From IMG/VR virus record IMGVR_UViG_3300033074_000977, positions 1 through 64,000 of that record: a stretch of DNA of 64,000 nucleotides; one strand, 5' to 3'. The stretch is from a virus. Its lineage: Duplodnaviria; Caudoviricetes. Positions within the stretch are counted from its first letter, which is position 1; every line of letters begins with the position of its first letter. Below the pieces are notes generated by a model. The model was given only the letters and a program-made list of their open reading frames with translations. It was not told where the DNA came from and ran no database searches. A program made the translations under genes and the position numbers. This document shows positions 1 to 7,607 of this stretch, piece by piece.

Positions 1-383
1 ATTTGTACTATTGTTATAACAATATACCTAATCCATCGTAAGTGCCCTAGTGGTTATTAAGATACTACTTCATACTTGCACTTACACTAGCAGGCGCGCA
101 GCAACACCGATCTCAGGTGTAATGCGTCCGTGCCTCAGTGAGATCGCCCAGGTAGCGCCCGCGGCCAATGTAGAGTTGATTGTGAAACTAAGCACAAGCT
201 AGGTATACTAGCAACCCCAGGTCGGATAGGCCAGCACAGGTATATTGTAGTATATGCTATTATAATCTAGTATACATAGCTAAGTTGTTGATTCTAAAGG
301 TAGTTACAGTATACTATAGTTTAATCCCCACTTCCTTCAGAGGGTTCTAGCGCGATTTTATTTCACTATACTAGACTTTTTGA

Positions 384-412
384 TTGACAGCTTGCCCGCT
401 AATCCCTATAGT
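384..412 (+). promoter_or_regulatory. sigma70-type promoter P1
   Basis: TTGACA (384-389), 17-nt spacer, TATAGT (407-412); -35 overlaps palindromic operator-like site 385-401. Confidence 0.8.
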
Positions 413-513
413 GTGCCCAGTTCGCAGCGAGAAACAACGCAGTAAGCCGAACTACAGCGAAGCCGATACTTCGCAGGGTTGCTTGAGAGTCAACAATAAT
501 TCTCACTTCCCTA

Positions 514-542
514 TTGACGGACAGACCGTCATTTGCTAAGAT
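514..542 (+). promoter_or_regulatory. sigma70-type promoter P2
   Basis: TTGACG (514-519), 17-nt spacer, TAAGAT (537-542); contains palindrome TGACGG-N5-CCGTCA (515-531). Confidence 0.7.
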
Positions 543-547
543 GGCTT

Positions 548-1187
548 CGCGATTGGGACACAACCCAAGCGAGCAAGTTTACAATTCGCGCATAGGTTGC
601 AGTAGGCACGGGCGGCAGTAATGCTGTACTCCTATGAATGAAGTTGCGCGACTGTAGCTGGTTTGAGTTGGTTCCACTGTTCAGATAGTTAGTAAGCACG
701 CGCCGAATAGCACAACCCGACTGAGCATGAGCATACGCTAAAGTATGCCGCTCTATAGTCACACTGATGCTGGCGTAGGCTAAACCAGTAGTATGCGGCA
801 ACCGAAAGTTGCCAGTCAGTTAGCTAGTTCATTGACAATTTAATAACCGATCAATGGCCTACAACCGATGTTTGCTGTAACCCGCAAGCGCATAGGGCAT
901 TTTGCCTGCTAAAGCGGGGCTTGATCGGGCAATGCGATAACACGCAGGGGATTTAGACTAACCCTATTGTGTGCTGGTAGGAGTGACAGCCTACGGTGCA
1001 AGCGCGCGTGCTAACCCGAATGGGTTGGATGAGTATATGGGTGGGACGGGAGTGGATTGTTGCGATGCACAATCAATCGGTTATTACATAGGCTATGTAC
1101 ATAGAACCTATGGCTGGCTAGGGAGTGGAACAGCGCAAGGCTTGGTAACAAGTAACCGCGAAGAACCTAGTTAATTGATTGTGCATC
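548..1187 (+). ncRNA. candidate large structured ncRNA (~640 nt; ROOL/GOLLD-like size class, family unconfirmed)
   Basis: No convincing ORF. More than 12 helices read by eye, e.g. 586-592/645-651, 731-736/743-748, 797-802/808-813, 892-897/962-967, 1011-1017/1022-1028 and a perfect 14-bp 1064-1077/1174-1187; GNRA loops; starts at the expected +1 of P2. Confidence 0.6.
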
Positions 1188-1225
1188 GGAGCAATTACGC
1201 TTCCATAACAAAGGATGAACAGATT

Positions 1226-1417
1226 ATGAAACTTACAAAGGCCGAAGTACTAAATTTTGAGGCTTCAGCATATAACGACACTTTGACACTGCAAGATGCT
1301 ATTCGAAAAGCTTATGGTTGTGGTATTTCGCCAGAGACGGCTTTAAGAATAATAGCAGATTGGAAAGCTTTGCGCAGGGACGTTAGCGGAATTACGCAGG
1401 CAGCACCTATGTCGTAG
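1226..1417 (+). CDS. hypothetical protein (63 aa)
   Basis: ATG 1226 downstream of AAAGGA SD; same frame as ORF 1175..1417. Confidence 0.6.
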   Translation: MKLTKAEVLNFEASAYNDTLTLQDAIRKAYGCGISPETALRIIADWKALRRDVSGITQAAPMS

Positions 1418-1458
1418 GTGTTGCTTGGGCAATTTCGCCCTAAACAAAGGATGAAACA

Positions 1459-2382
1459 ATGGCACAAACACAAGTAGATAACATGCGTTCGCGCTTGCTT
1501 AATAGCAATGCGCCCGATCCACGCGGCAGGGTAGCAGCTACGGCTACACTCACCGCGAACCAATTGAATAAATCTGGTGGCAGACTCAAACGCCCACCAT
1601 CCGCTGCAACCGTAGCCCAGCAAGCTAACGGCACGGATATTAAGTTTGACGATGGCACGTTCTATGCTGAAACGTTGCTTGATGATAACAATGGTTTCGT
1701 GGCTAACAAAGCTAAGACACAGCATACCTACCACGCGGTCAAGAAGTTTGAACTAGGCGACGAAGCCGCACCAACCCGCGCGGATGGCAGTCAATTGATT
1801 CAGTCGAAGCATACATTAGTGTTCGCTACTCCTGAATACCTTGCAGCCAAATCAAAGGACGCTGAATTGAAGCGGTGGCGCAATTTAGCTACAGCCATCG
1901 GCAAAGGCTTGGCTGACAGCAGCAACAAAGGTGTGACCATTGACGATGTGTCGAATTGGATACTTGGTCAACGCACTGACCGTCGCTGGCTGTTCAAACG
2001 CTACGATGGCAATGGGGTTGTATTCTGCAAGGCTGACGATAAAGGCGCGGTTGAATGGGATGATGTGCCGGATGCACAGCAGAAAACCATTCACAAGCAT
2101 CTGGCCGCAGCGAAGAAACGTCAAGGCGTGGACGGTGAGACAGATACCAGCACCGATATTAACGCTAAAATCGCGCGGCTGACGGTGCTGCTTGAACAGT
2201 ATTCCCCTGAGAAAATGGCGGAAATTGTGGAACGGCACGGTGCAGATAGTATGGTGGTGGACGCTTTGAATAAGGCTAAGGCTGCTTATGAGAAGGAACT
2301 GAAGCAAGCCGTGAAGACCCGTGACAACCAAGTGGCGAAAGCGTTGGCGAAAGGTGCGGCGGGGAAAGGGGCGGGGAAGTAA
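1459..2382 (+). CDS. hypothetical protein (307 aa)
   Basis: Long ORF, AAAGGA SD, no motif recognised. Confidence 0.8.
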   Translation: MAQTQVDNMRSRLLNSNAPDPRGRVAATATLTANQLNKSGGRLKRPPSAATVAQQANGTDIKFDDGTFYAETLLDDNNGFVANKAKTQHTYHAVKKFELGDEAAPTRADGSQLIQSKHTLVFATPEYLAAKSKDAELKRWRNLATAIGKGLADSSNKGVTIDDVSNWILGQRTDRRWLFKRYDGNGVVFCKADDKGAVEWDDVPDAQQKTIHKHLAAAKKRQGVDGETDTSTDINAKIARLTVLLEQYSPEKMAEIVERHGADSMVVDALNKAKAAYEKELKQAVKTRDNQVAKALAKGAAGKGAGK

Positions 2383-2388
2383 CCAGCG

Positions 2389-2526
2389 ATGGCGTACCAA
2401 AAACCCTACCGTTATAAACCATGCCGTAGGCTAACTACGGCTGAACATTTGATAAGGCTGGCTCTAGGGCTGGCCTTTATTTTTGGCGCAGCTTGGCTGA
2501 TTGCTAATGTTGTGCCGATGAATTGA
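2389..2526 (+). CDS. small membrane peptide (45 aa)
   Basis: Hand-translated; hydrophobic stretch LIRLALGLAFIFGAAWLIANVV. Confidence 0.45.
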   Translation: MAYQKPYRYKPCRRLTTAEHLIRLALGLAFIFGAAWLIANVVPMN

Positions 2527-2538
2527 GGAGAAATACGG

Positions 2539-2835
2539 ATGCCGTTATATCTTGAGCTATTTCACGGGCGTGACTATCCAGACGAGCAATTAGATGACTG
2601 GGGTAAGCAGGGACCAGTCTTAGGACCATTTGACTATGTGCATATTACGTACCTTACACACATACAAGCACGGTATAGCAATTCGGATAAGGTATTGGAT
2701 ATGGACGAAATTCGCATTGTTAATGACCTGATTCTGTACGCAGGTGTTTATTACGGTGACTGTACAATTCATTCAGAAGAGACTGTAAAAAGCTCCGAAG
2801 TTTTACAGAAGCTGTTGGTTGAAGTCCAACCGTAG
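2539..2835 (+). CDS. hypothetical protein
   Basis: ORF with GAGGAG SD. Confidence 0.75.
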   Translation: MPLYLELFHGRDYPDEQLDDWGKQGPVLGPFDYVHITYLTHIQARYSNSDKVLDMDEIRIVNDLILYAGVYYGDCTIHSEETVKSSEVLQKLLVEVQP

Positions 2836-2916
2836 CTTGCCGCTCGCAGCTAGTATGGGGTAGGGATAGCGTGATTCTATGCCTATGCTGTGGTAGCTGC
2901 TTGCGGGCGGTTATTT
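2833..2916 (+). promoter_or_regulatory. intergenic RNA hairpin, TAGCTTGC...GGTTATTT family
   Basis: CCGCTCGC pairs with GCGGGCGG; long imperfect stem with G-U pairs; ends 5 nt before ATG 2922. Confidence 0.55.
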
Positions 2917-2921
2917 AGATT

Positions 2922-3125
2922 ATGATTACAAAAACTGATTACACTAACCGTATCTTGAAATTGTGCAGCGATAGCGATGCAGCTAAAGCTGAGATACTAA
3001 AAGCATACACAAGGCTGTACCATGAGCATCCAAAGCAGCCAAATGAATCCGACGAGGAGTTTATTACGCGCTGTGCGAAGCTCGACCACGCAGATGGGGA
3101 GGATAATTTGATGTTCGCAGTTTAG
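2922..3125 (+). CDS. hypothetical protein
   Basis: ORF in the early + strand run. Confidence 0.65.
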   Translation: MITKTDYTNRILKLCSDSDAAKAEILKAYTRLYHEHPKQPNESDEEFITRCAKLDHADGEDNLMFAV

Positions 3126-3139
3126 GGGGTTTAAGCTTT

Positions 3140-3391
3140 ATGAACAAACCAACCAACCCAACCAACCCGACAGTCATAATCCACATTGGCGGTGGCTGTC
3201 TACGTCAGGTAATTAGCAACATCGCCAATTTAGAGTATGTGCTAATTGACGAAGATAACCATAGTGAATCCTGCGACGAGGGGGAGTGTTATTGTGATCT
3301 TGGGGCAGAGCGTCAGGATTCAATGGAGTATTGGGAAACTACTGAGGCTGCGGTGGAACGCGGTCGTATGATCTTGCAAGGAGCTGACTGA
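3140..3391 (+). CDS. hypothetical protein
   Basis: ORF in the early + strand run. Confidence 0.7.
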   Translation: MNKPTNPTNPTVIIHIGGGCLRQVISNIANLEYVLIDEDNHSESCDEGECYCDLGAERQDSMEYWETTEAAVERGRMILQGAD

Positions 3392-3413
3392 TTTCTTGGG
3401 GGAGGATTAGTTG

Positions 3414-3462
3414 GAGTAACTTGCGGCCAGCCCATCAAAAGTGGGTTGGTCGGAGGTTATTT
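3414..3462 (+). promoter_or_regulatory. RNA hairpin sequestering SD (GGAGG) of next gene
   Basis: GAGTAACTTGCGGCCAGCCCAT-CAAAA-GTGGGTTGGTCGGAGGTTATTT; pairs nearly end to end with G-U wobbles. Confidence 0.65.
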
Positions 3463-3466
3463 AGAT

Positions 3467-3742
3467 ATGACTGAACAATTAAACGCTAATGATCTTGAAT
3501 ATGCTCGCAGCGTAGTCAAGGGCTACTTCAAAGAGGTGGCTGATTCACGCAGCAAGCGTGCAGCGGTTAATTTGTACGACATAGCCAACCAAGCTGCTTG
3601 GCGAGATATGCACGAAGCTGGTGTTATCAAGGATTTAGGTACTGGTAATTTTGAGTATCTAGGTGATGTGTTTAGATTGATGCCTGGGAATGGTGATTGT
3701 GAGGAATGGTTGGTTTGGGTTGGCAGATCGGAGGTTATTTAG
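3467..3742 (+). CDS. hypothetical protein
   Basis: ATG 3467 after GGAGG SD; in frame with ORF 3446..3742. Confidence 0.7.
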   Translation: MTEQLNANDLEYARSVVKGYFKEVADSRSKRAAVNLYDIANQAAWRDMHEAGVIKDLGTGNFEYLGDVFRLMPGNGDCEEWLVWVGRSEVI

Positions 3743-3744
3743 TT

Positions 3745-3942
3745 ATGGCAATGACTCATACATCTAAGCTACGAAGATACCGTGTATGGACGCGGAATTT
3801 CAGTGTGCGACAGCCGTATAGCTGTATGACTGATTGGCAAACACGCAGAGCTTGTGAGAAGTACTGCATCGGACGCTGGGGCCACATTCCAGGGTTTGTG
3901 ATTATCAGTGCTGCTCAAAGTCCTAAGCGATTCTTACAGTAA
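3745..3942 (+). CDS. hypothetical protein
   Basis: ATG 3745 after GGAGG SD; in frame with ORF 3706..3942. Confidence 0.6.
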   Translation: MAMTHTSKLRRYRVWTRNFSVRQPYSCMTDWQTRRACEKYCIGRWGHIPGFVIISAAQSPKRFLQ

Positions 3943-3959
3943 GAAGGGTTGGTGATCGA

Positions 3960-4121
3960 ATGACAATCCGCCAACTAATCGCAAACAATTATGCCTACCA
4001 AGATACCTACGCAGATCGCACAACCGCGTTATGTTACCGCGACGAATGGCGACGTAAGGGCTACGCCGCAGAGGTAGTGTACATGCCGTTGCGGGGGAAT
4101 TATCAATTATGGGTGAGGTAG
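3960..4121 (+). CDS. small hypothetical protein (53 aa)
   Basis: Hand-translated open frame filling the gap, AAGGG SD-like upstream. Confidence 0.45.
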   Translation: MTIRQLIANNYAYQDTYADRTTALCYRDEWRRKGYAAEVVYMPLRGNYQLWVR

Positions 4122-4160
4122 GAGAGGCGGGAAAGGTAGGAAAGGTAGGAGGGTAAATAT

Positions 4161-4328
4161 ATGGAAACACAGACATTAACGTTCGAGCTAGACCCCCTGT
4201 TAGTGATCGGTGGGTTTGTGTTAATCATCGGCGTCACTTTGGGGATTTTAATCGAGGGTGCAAGGATAGAACGGTCGTATCATAAACGGCAACGGTGGGT
4301 AAAGGAGAATCAGGAGACGAAGGGGTAG
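4161..4328 (+). CDS. small membrane protein (55 aa)
   Basis: GGAGGG SD; TM segment LLVIGGFVLIIGVTLGILI. Confidence 0.6.
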   Translation: METQTLTFELDPLLVIGGFVLIIGVTLGILIEGARIERSYHKRQRWVKENQETKG

Positions 4329-4378
4329 GTAATGTAGTATAGAGTTTCATTCAGCAAGCTAATTTATTCATCCTTTAG

Positions 4379-4438
4379 TAGCTTGCGGCTACCCTACGTC
4401 GAACTCACTGGGAGACGCGGGGTGGTCGGAGGTTATTC
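4379..4438 (+). promoter_or_regulatory. RNA hairpin sequestering SD, TAGCTTGC...GGAGGTTATTC family
   Basis: TAGCTTGCGGCTACCCT pairs with GGGGTGGTCGGAGGTTA; same base as 3414-3462. Confidence 0.6.
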
Positions 4439-4441
4439 AAA

Positions 4442-4636
4442 ATGAAATACGTAATCGCACAAGGAAACCCATTTGATTGGGAACAACCGGTTAGACTAAC
4501 CGGGACGTTTAATTCCATTCGGGAATGTGACGAGTATGCCCAGTTGTATAGTTTAACGAACTATTGGGCAGTGCCGGTGGATTCGCCAGGGAGTTTGTGG
4601 GTGGATGCCGATGCTGATGCTGCTGTCGAAGAATAG
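4442..4636 (+). CDS. hypothetical protein
   Basis: ORF with GGAGG SD. Confidence 0.7.
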   Translation: MKYVIAQGNPFDWEQPVRLTGTFNSIRECDEYAQLYSLTNYWAVPVDSPGSLWVDADADAAVEE

Positions 4637-4645
4637 GTTTACTAC

Positions 4646-4739
4646 GTGCGCGTGACGAAATTGGTAATAGTGGGCGGGCCTAACAAACTCGCCTGAGTTT
4701 TTAATTAAGCTCTTGCAGGTTCGAGTCCTGCCGCGCACA
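4646..4739 (+). tRNA. atypical class II tRNA-like element (Leu-type body, extended anticodon arm, loop CU-AAC-AA)
   Basis: Acceptor GTGCGCG/CGCGCAC plus A discriminator; D-loop AATTGGTAA; T-arm GCAGG-TTCGAGT-CCTGC; long variable arm GAGTTT/AAGCTC; 21-nt anticodon arm instead of 17; no encoded CCA. Confidence 0.7.
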
Positions 4740-4742
4740 TTG

Positions 4743-4830
4743 CAACGGGTCAACAGAGTTGAACGCTTCCCAACTTTACCAGTGAAGCAGGAGCTATAAA
4801 CTCAGTGCTGGTGTAGCTGTTGGCCTGTTG
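4743..4830 (+). other. structured RNA element downstream of the tRNA-like gene
   Basis: 14-bp closing helix 4743-4756/4817-4830 (two G-U); inner GCTTC/GAAGC; possible pseudoknot ACCAG/CTGGT. Confidence 0.5.
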
Positions 4831-4851
4831 CTCAAATGGAGGTTATTCAAA

Positions 4852-5103
4852 ATGAACAACGTAGAAACACAATATCGCTTCAATGAACTTCCAGACGAAC
4901 TGGAAAACTGGCTAGTACCACCAAAATTCCTAGGTATGATGTCTGGGGCTAAGTACGCTAAGCAGAATAAACTGGGTGTGATTACCCTAACCTACGAAGA
5001 TGACATGACTGAAAGTGTTAGCTCTGACAGGGATTTGTTAACAGAATTTGGAGGGTTCCTGGAAGTGGTAAGCTATGTGCAAAGTTTTAGAAGTGTCGTC
5101 TAG
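4852..5103 (+). CDS. hypothetical protein
   Basis: ATG 4852 after GGAGG SD; in frame with ORF 4828..5103. Confidence 0.7.
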   Translation: MNNVETQYRFNELPDELENWLVPPKFLGMMSGAKYAKQNKLGVITLTYEDDMTESVSSDRDLLTEFGGFLEVVSYVQSFRSVV

Positions 5104-5536
5104 CGTGCAATCCACCCCACCCAAACTCCCACCCCGCCGACTCCTCCGCTACACCTACCACCTCTGTGAACGCTGCGGCTCGGAGTTGGATCCACGCTCA
5201 CGCTACTTCTGCCCCAGCTGCCGTCTCAAAGCACGAGCCGCCAACCGCCGACATGTGCAGCAACTCATCGCTGAGGGCAAATGCCGCAGCTGTGCTACCA
5301 CTCGTGAGCAACTGGATAAAACCTTATGTAACAACTGTTTACAGGAGTTACGCGATAACCATAAACGACGTAAGCAGGCGCGGATTGACGCTGGGCTGTG
5401 TGTGTTATGTGGGAAGGTGAATGTACAGGTGGCCGGTGGGAGATACCTGCGGTGTTTGGGATGTCGGGATAAAGAAGCCGCACAACAGCGAGCGGGGAGG
5501 TTGCGGAAGCGTAGAAGTGCATCCACAAATCGCTAG
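5075..5536 (+). CDS. Cys-rich multi-zinc-finger protein
   Basis: Six CxxC pairs with basic helices; start uncertain (GTG 5105 possible). Confidence 0.7.
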   Translation: MCKVLEVSSSVQSTPPKLPPRRLLRYTYHLCERCGSELDPRSRYFCPSCRLKARAANRRHVQQLIAEGKCRSCATTREQLDKTLCNNCLQELRDNHKRRKQARIDAGLCVLCGKVNVQVAGGRYLRCLGCRDKEAAQQRAGRLRKRRSASTNR

Positions 5537-5586
5537 TAAGCAGTAAGTTTAATCAATCAACCAAACAGAAAGGATGAAGTAAAGTT

Positions 5587-7563
5587 ATGCCTGATGAAGT
5601 TATGCCTGTGCCCACACCAGATGAGCTAGAACCTGATGTCGGTAAGCTGGAGTTGGATCCCGAACCTGATACCGACGCTAACACCGAACCGTATCTCGAA
5701 TGTGACAACTGCCATGACATAATCCCAGCAGGCGCGGACACTTACGAAATGTCCGACCCGCCCAACCAAACTTGGTGCGTGGACTGCTACAACGACGAAG
5801 GTAGCCACTGTGAGGGCTGTGGCAACTATGTCGAAGTCAGCAGCTTAACTGAAGTCAGTTACCTTAACTGCGGTTTTACAGGGTGGAGCACTCGTGAGGT
5901 ATGTGAGAGCTGCTTAAACAGCGATTACCGCCAATGCGAACACTGTGACGATACTTGGTTCAATAGGGACCTCCGTAACTGGGCTGGGGATGAAGCCTGC
6001 CCAAGATGTCATAATAACGCAGCCTGTAGCTGCGACGACTGCGGTGCTGAATACTGGGATGGAGACAACCATTATGCATTCTGCGAAGGCTCACCCGATG
6101 ACGACAGTGACAGTTCAGCAATCCACGCGTGGGATTACGAGGTATTAAATACCTTAAACTTCCTCGGCCAACCCGCTGACAAACTATGGCTGGGTGTGGA
6201 ACTGGAAGTAGAGTGCAAGAGTGATAGTGGCTGGCATCGGGGCGAGCTGGCTGATGAAGTAGCCTATGCGATGCGCGACTTTGCGGTACTTAAATCCGAT
6301 GGCAGCCTCGATAACGGGTTCGAGATTGTCACCGCACCGGCCACTATAGAAATCCACCGTACTGAATGGACTAATCGCTTTTACGGCAAGTCCTTCATCA
6401 AGGGACTACGCAGCTGGGATGCGGGCACCTGCGGCTTGCACGTCCATATCTCGCGCAAACCGTTATCCAAGCTCACCCAAGCTAAGATCGTAGGGTTCTG
6501 TAACATCGAGGAAAACCGCACCTGGATGGAGAAACTAGCTGGGAGGACATCCAGTTACGCTGAGTTCAAGGATGTTGAGCAGCTGGGCAAGCAGTGGCGG
6601 CGGCAAAGTTCCCGCTATCGGGTAGTCAATGTCGAAAACGACGACACCCTGGAGTTCCGCATCTTCAAAGGCAGCCTCCGCCCGGAACGTCTCTGGCGTG
6701 CGCTGGAGTTCGTCCATAGTTTAGTAAAATTCTGTGAACAGACTTCCTTGGAAAAGTTACAGGCTAGCCAGTATTTGGAATGGCTGGGTAAGCATAAAAA
6801 GCTCTATCCCAGCTTGGCTGCGTTTTACTTTCCGAAAGCGGCAGCGGCTAAGCGCAACCCGAAGCAGCCAGGGTTATTTACGGTGGCGGCAGATAGTTGC
6901 CAGGGGGATGATAGTGGTAAGGGAGTTGTTACCTATGACGCTGAGCAGGAACTTGCAGCGCAACGTAAGATCGAGGAGCGTGTAGCTGAGCAGCGGCGGG
7001 CGCGGAAGGAGCGGGAACGGGAGTTGAAGCGACTGGAACGGGAACGGCTGGATGCTAGAGCAGCGGCTAGGGAGCCGGATTGGTATGGCAGTCGTGAACC
7101 TGTTGATGTGGTTGCGAGGGCGGCGGATGCCGAATTCCAAGCCTACGCTACTCCTGAGCGGATAGCTCAACGACGCGCATTTTACCAGCTGCAAATAGAT
7201 GAAGGTTCGCGGTCGGACTGGGAGGAAGTGCGTAGTTGTACACGGGGCTGTACCTGTCTAGACTGCCGTTTGATTGTGTATGTGGCTGAGTTGGTTATCC
7301 AGGAGCAGCGGGATGCAGAGGCTCAGACTGCGTATGACTACTCAGTGATGGAGGCGGTGCGGCACCTACGGCACGTAAGTGCTGCTTTTGTCAGTGTTTT
7401 ACCTGTTGAATCAACCGAACCTGCTAATCAAACCCTGACACCAACCTCAGACCTTACTGAAGCGGCTGCTGAACCTGAGCATCGGGAGGGTGGTGGAAGT
7501 GGTGTGGATAGAACCTTAACCTATGAAATGTTGGAGAACCTGTATCGGGATCTTCGATGGTAG
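5587..7563 (+). CDS. putative amidoligase (COOH-NH2 ligase, glutamine synthetase-like fold) with N-terminal Zn-ribbon repeats
   Basis: Motifs LGVELEVE, DGSL...FEIVTAP, TCGLHVHIS, RY..VN, TLEFRIFKGS; N-terminal CxxC repeats. Confidence 0.85.
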   Translation: MPDEVMPVPTPDELEPDVGKLELDPEPDTDANTEPYLECDNCHDIIPAGADTYEMSDPPNQTWCVDCYNDEGSHCEGCGNYVEVSSLTEVSYLNCGFTGWSTREVCESCLNSDYRQCEHCDDTWFNRDLRNWAGDEACPRCHNNAACSCDDCGAEYWDGDNHYAFCEGSPDDDSDSSAIHAWDYEVLNTLNFLGQPADKLWLGVELEVECKSDSGWHRGELADEVAYAMRDFAVLKSDGSLDNGFEIVTAPATIEIHRTEWTNRFYGKSFIKGLRSWDAGTCGLHVHISRKPLSKLTQAKIVGFCNIEENRTWMEKLAGRTSSYAEFKDVEQLGKQWRRQSSRYRVVNVENDDTLEFRIFKGSLRPERLWRALEFVHSLVKFCEQTSLEKLQASQYLEWLGKHKKLYPSLAAFYFPKAAAAKRNPKQPGLFTVAADSCQGDDSGKGVVTYDAEQELAAQRKIEERVAEQRRARKERERELKRLERERLDARAAAREPDWYGSREPVDVVARAADAEFQAYATPERIAQRRAFYQLQIDEGSRSDWEEVRSCTRGCTCLDCRLIVYVAELVIQEQRDAEAQTAYDYSVMEAVRHLRHVSAAFVSVLPVESTEPANQTLTPTSDLTEAAAEPEHREGGGSGVDRTLTYEMLENLYRDLRW

Positions 7564-7607
7564 TAAGTTACTCCCAACAAACAAGAAAGGATGAAACAAC
7601 AACAACC

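Noticed and set aside
763-813. Hammerhead ribozyme (CTGATG...CGAAA)
   Set aside because: Core is CTGATGC, not CTGANGA, and GAAA lies in a hairpin loop rather than at the junction
833-862. TTGACA at about 832 as another promoter
   Set aside because: No acceptable -10 at 16-18 nt spacing, no operator half-site, and it forms part of an RNA stem (830-835/851-856)
529-1174. ORFs 529..801 (-) and 971..1174 (+) as proteins
   Set aside because: No SD, atypical composition, and they overlap a promoter and a helix-dense region better explained as ncRNA
3145-4152. 9-nt tandem repeats (CCAACCAAC at about 3148; GGAAAGGTA at about 4129) as functional iterons
   Set aside because: Two or three copies inside C-rich or G-rich skewed segments; most simply explained as slippage
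2824-4438. Early intergenic hairpins as integron attC sites
   Set aside because: TAAC...GTTA ends look similar, but the stems rely on many G-U pairs specific to + strand RNA, R' does not fit GTTRRRY, the SD lies inside, and no integron integrase is present
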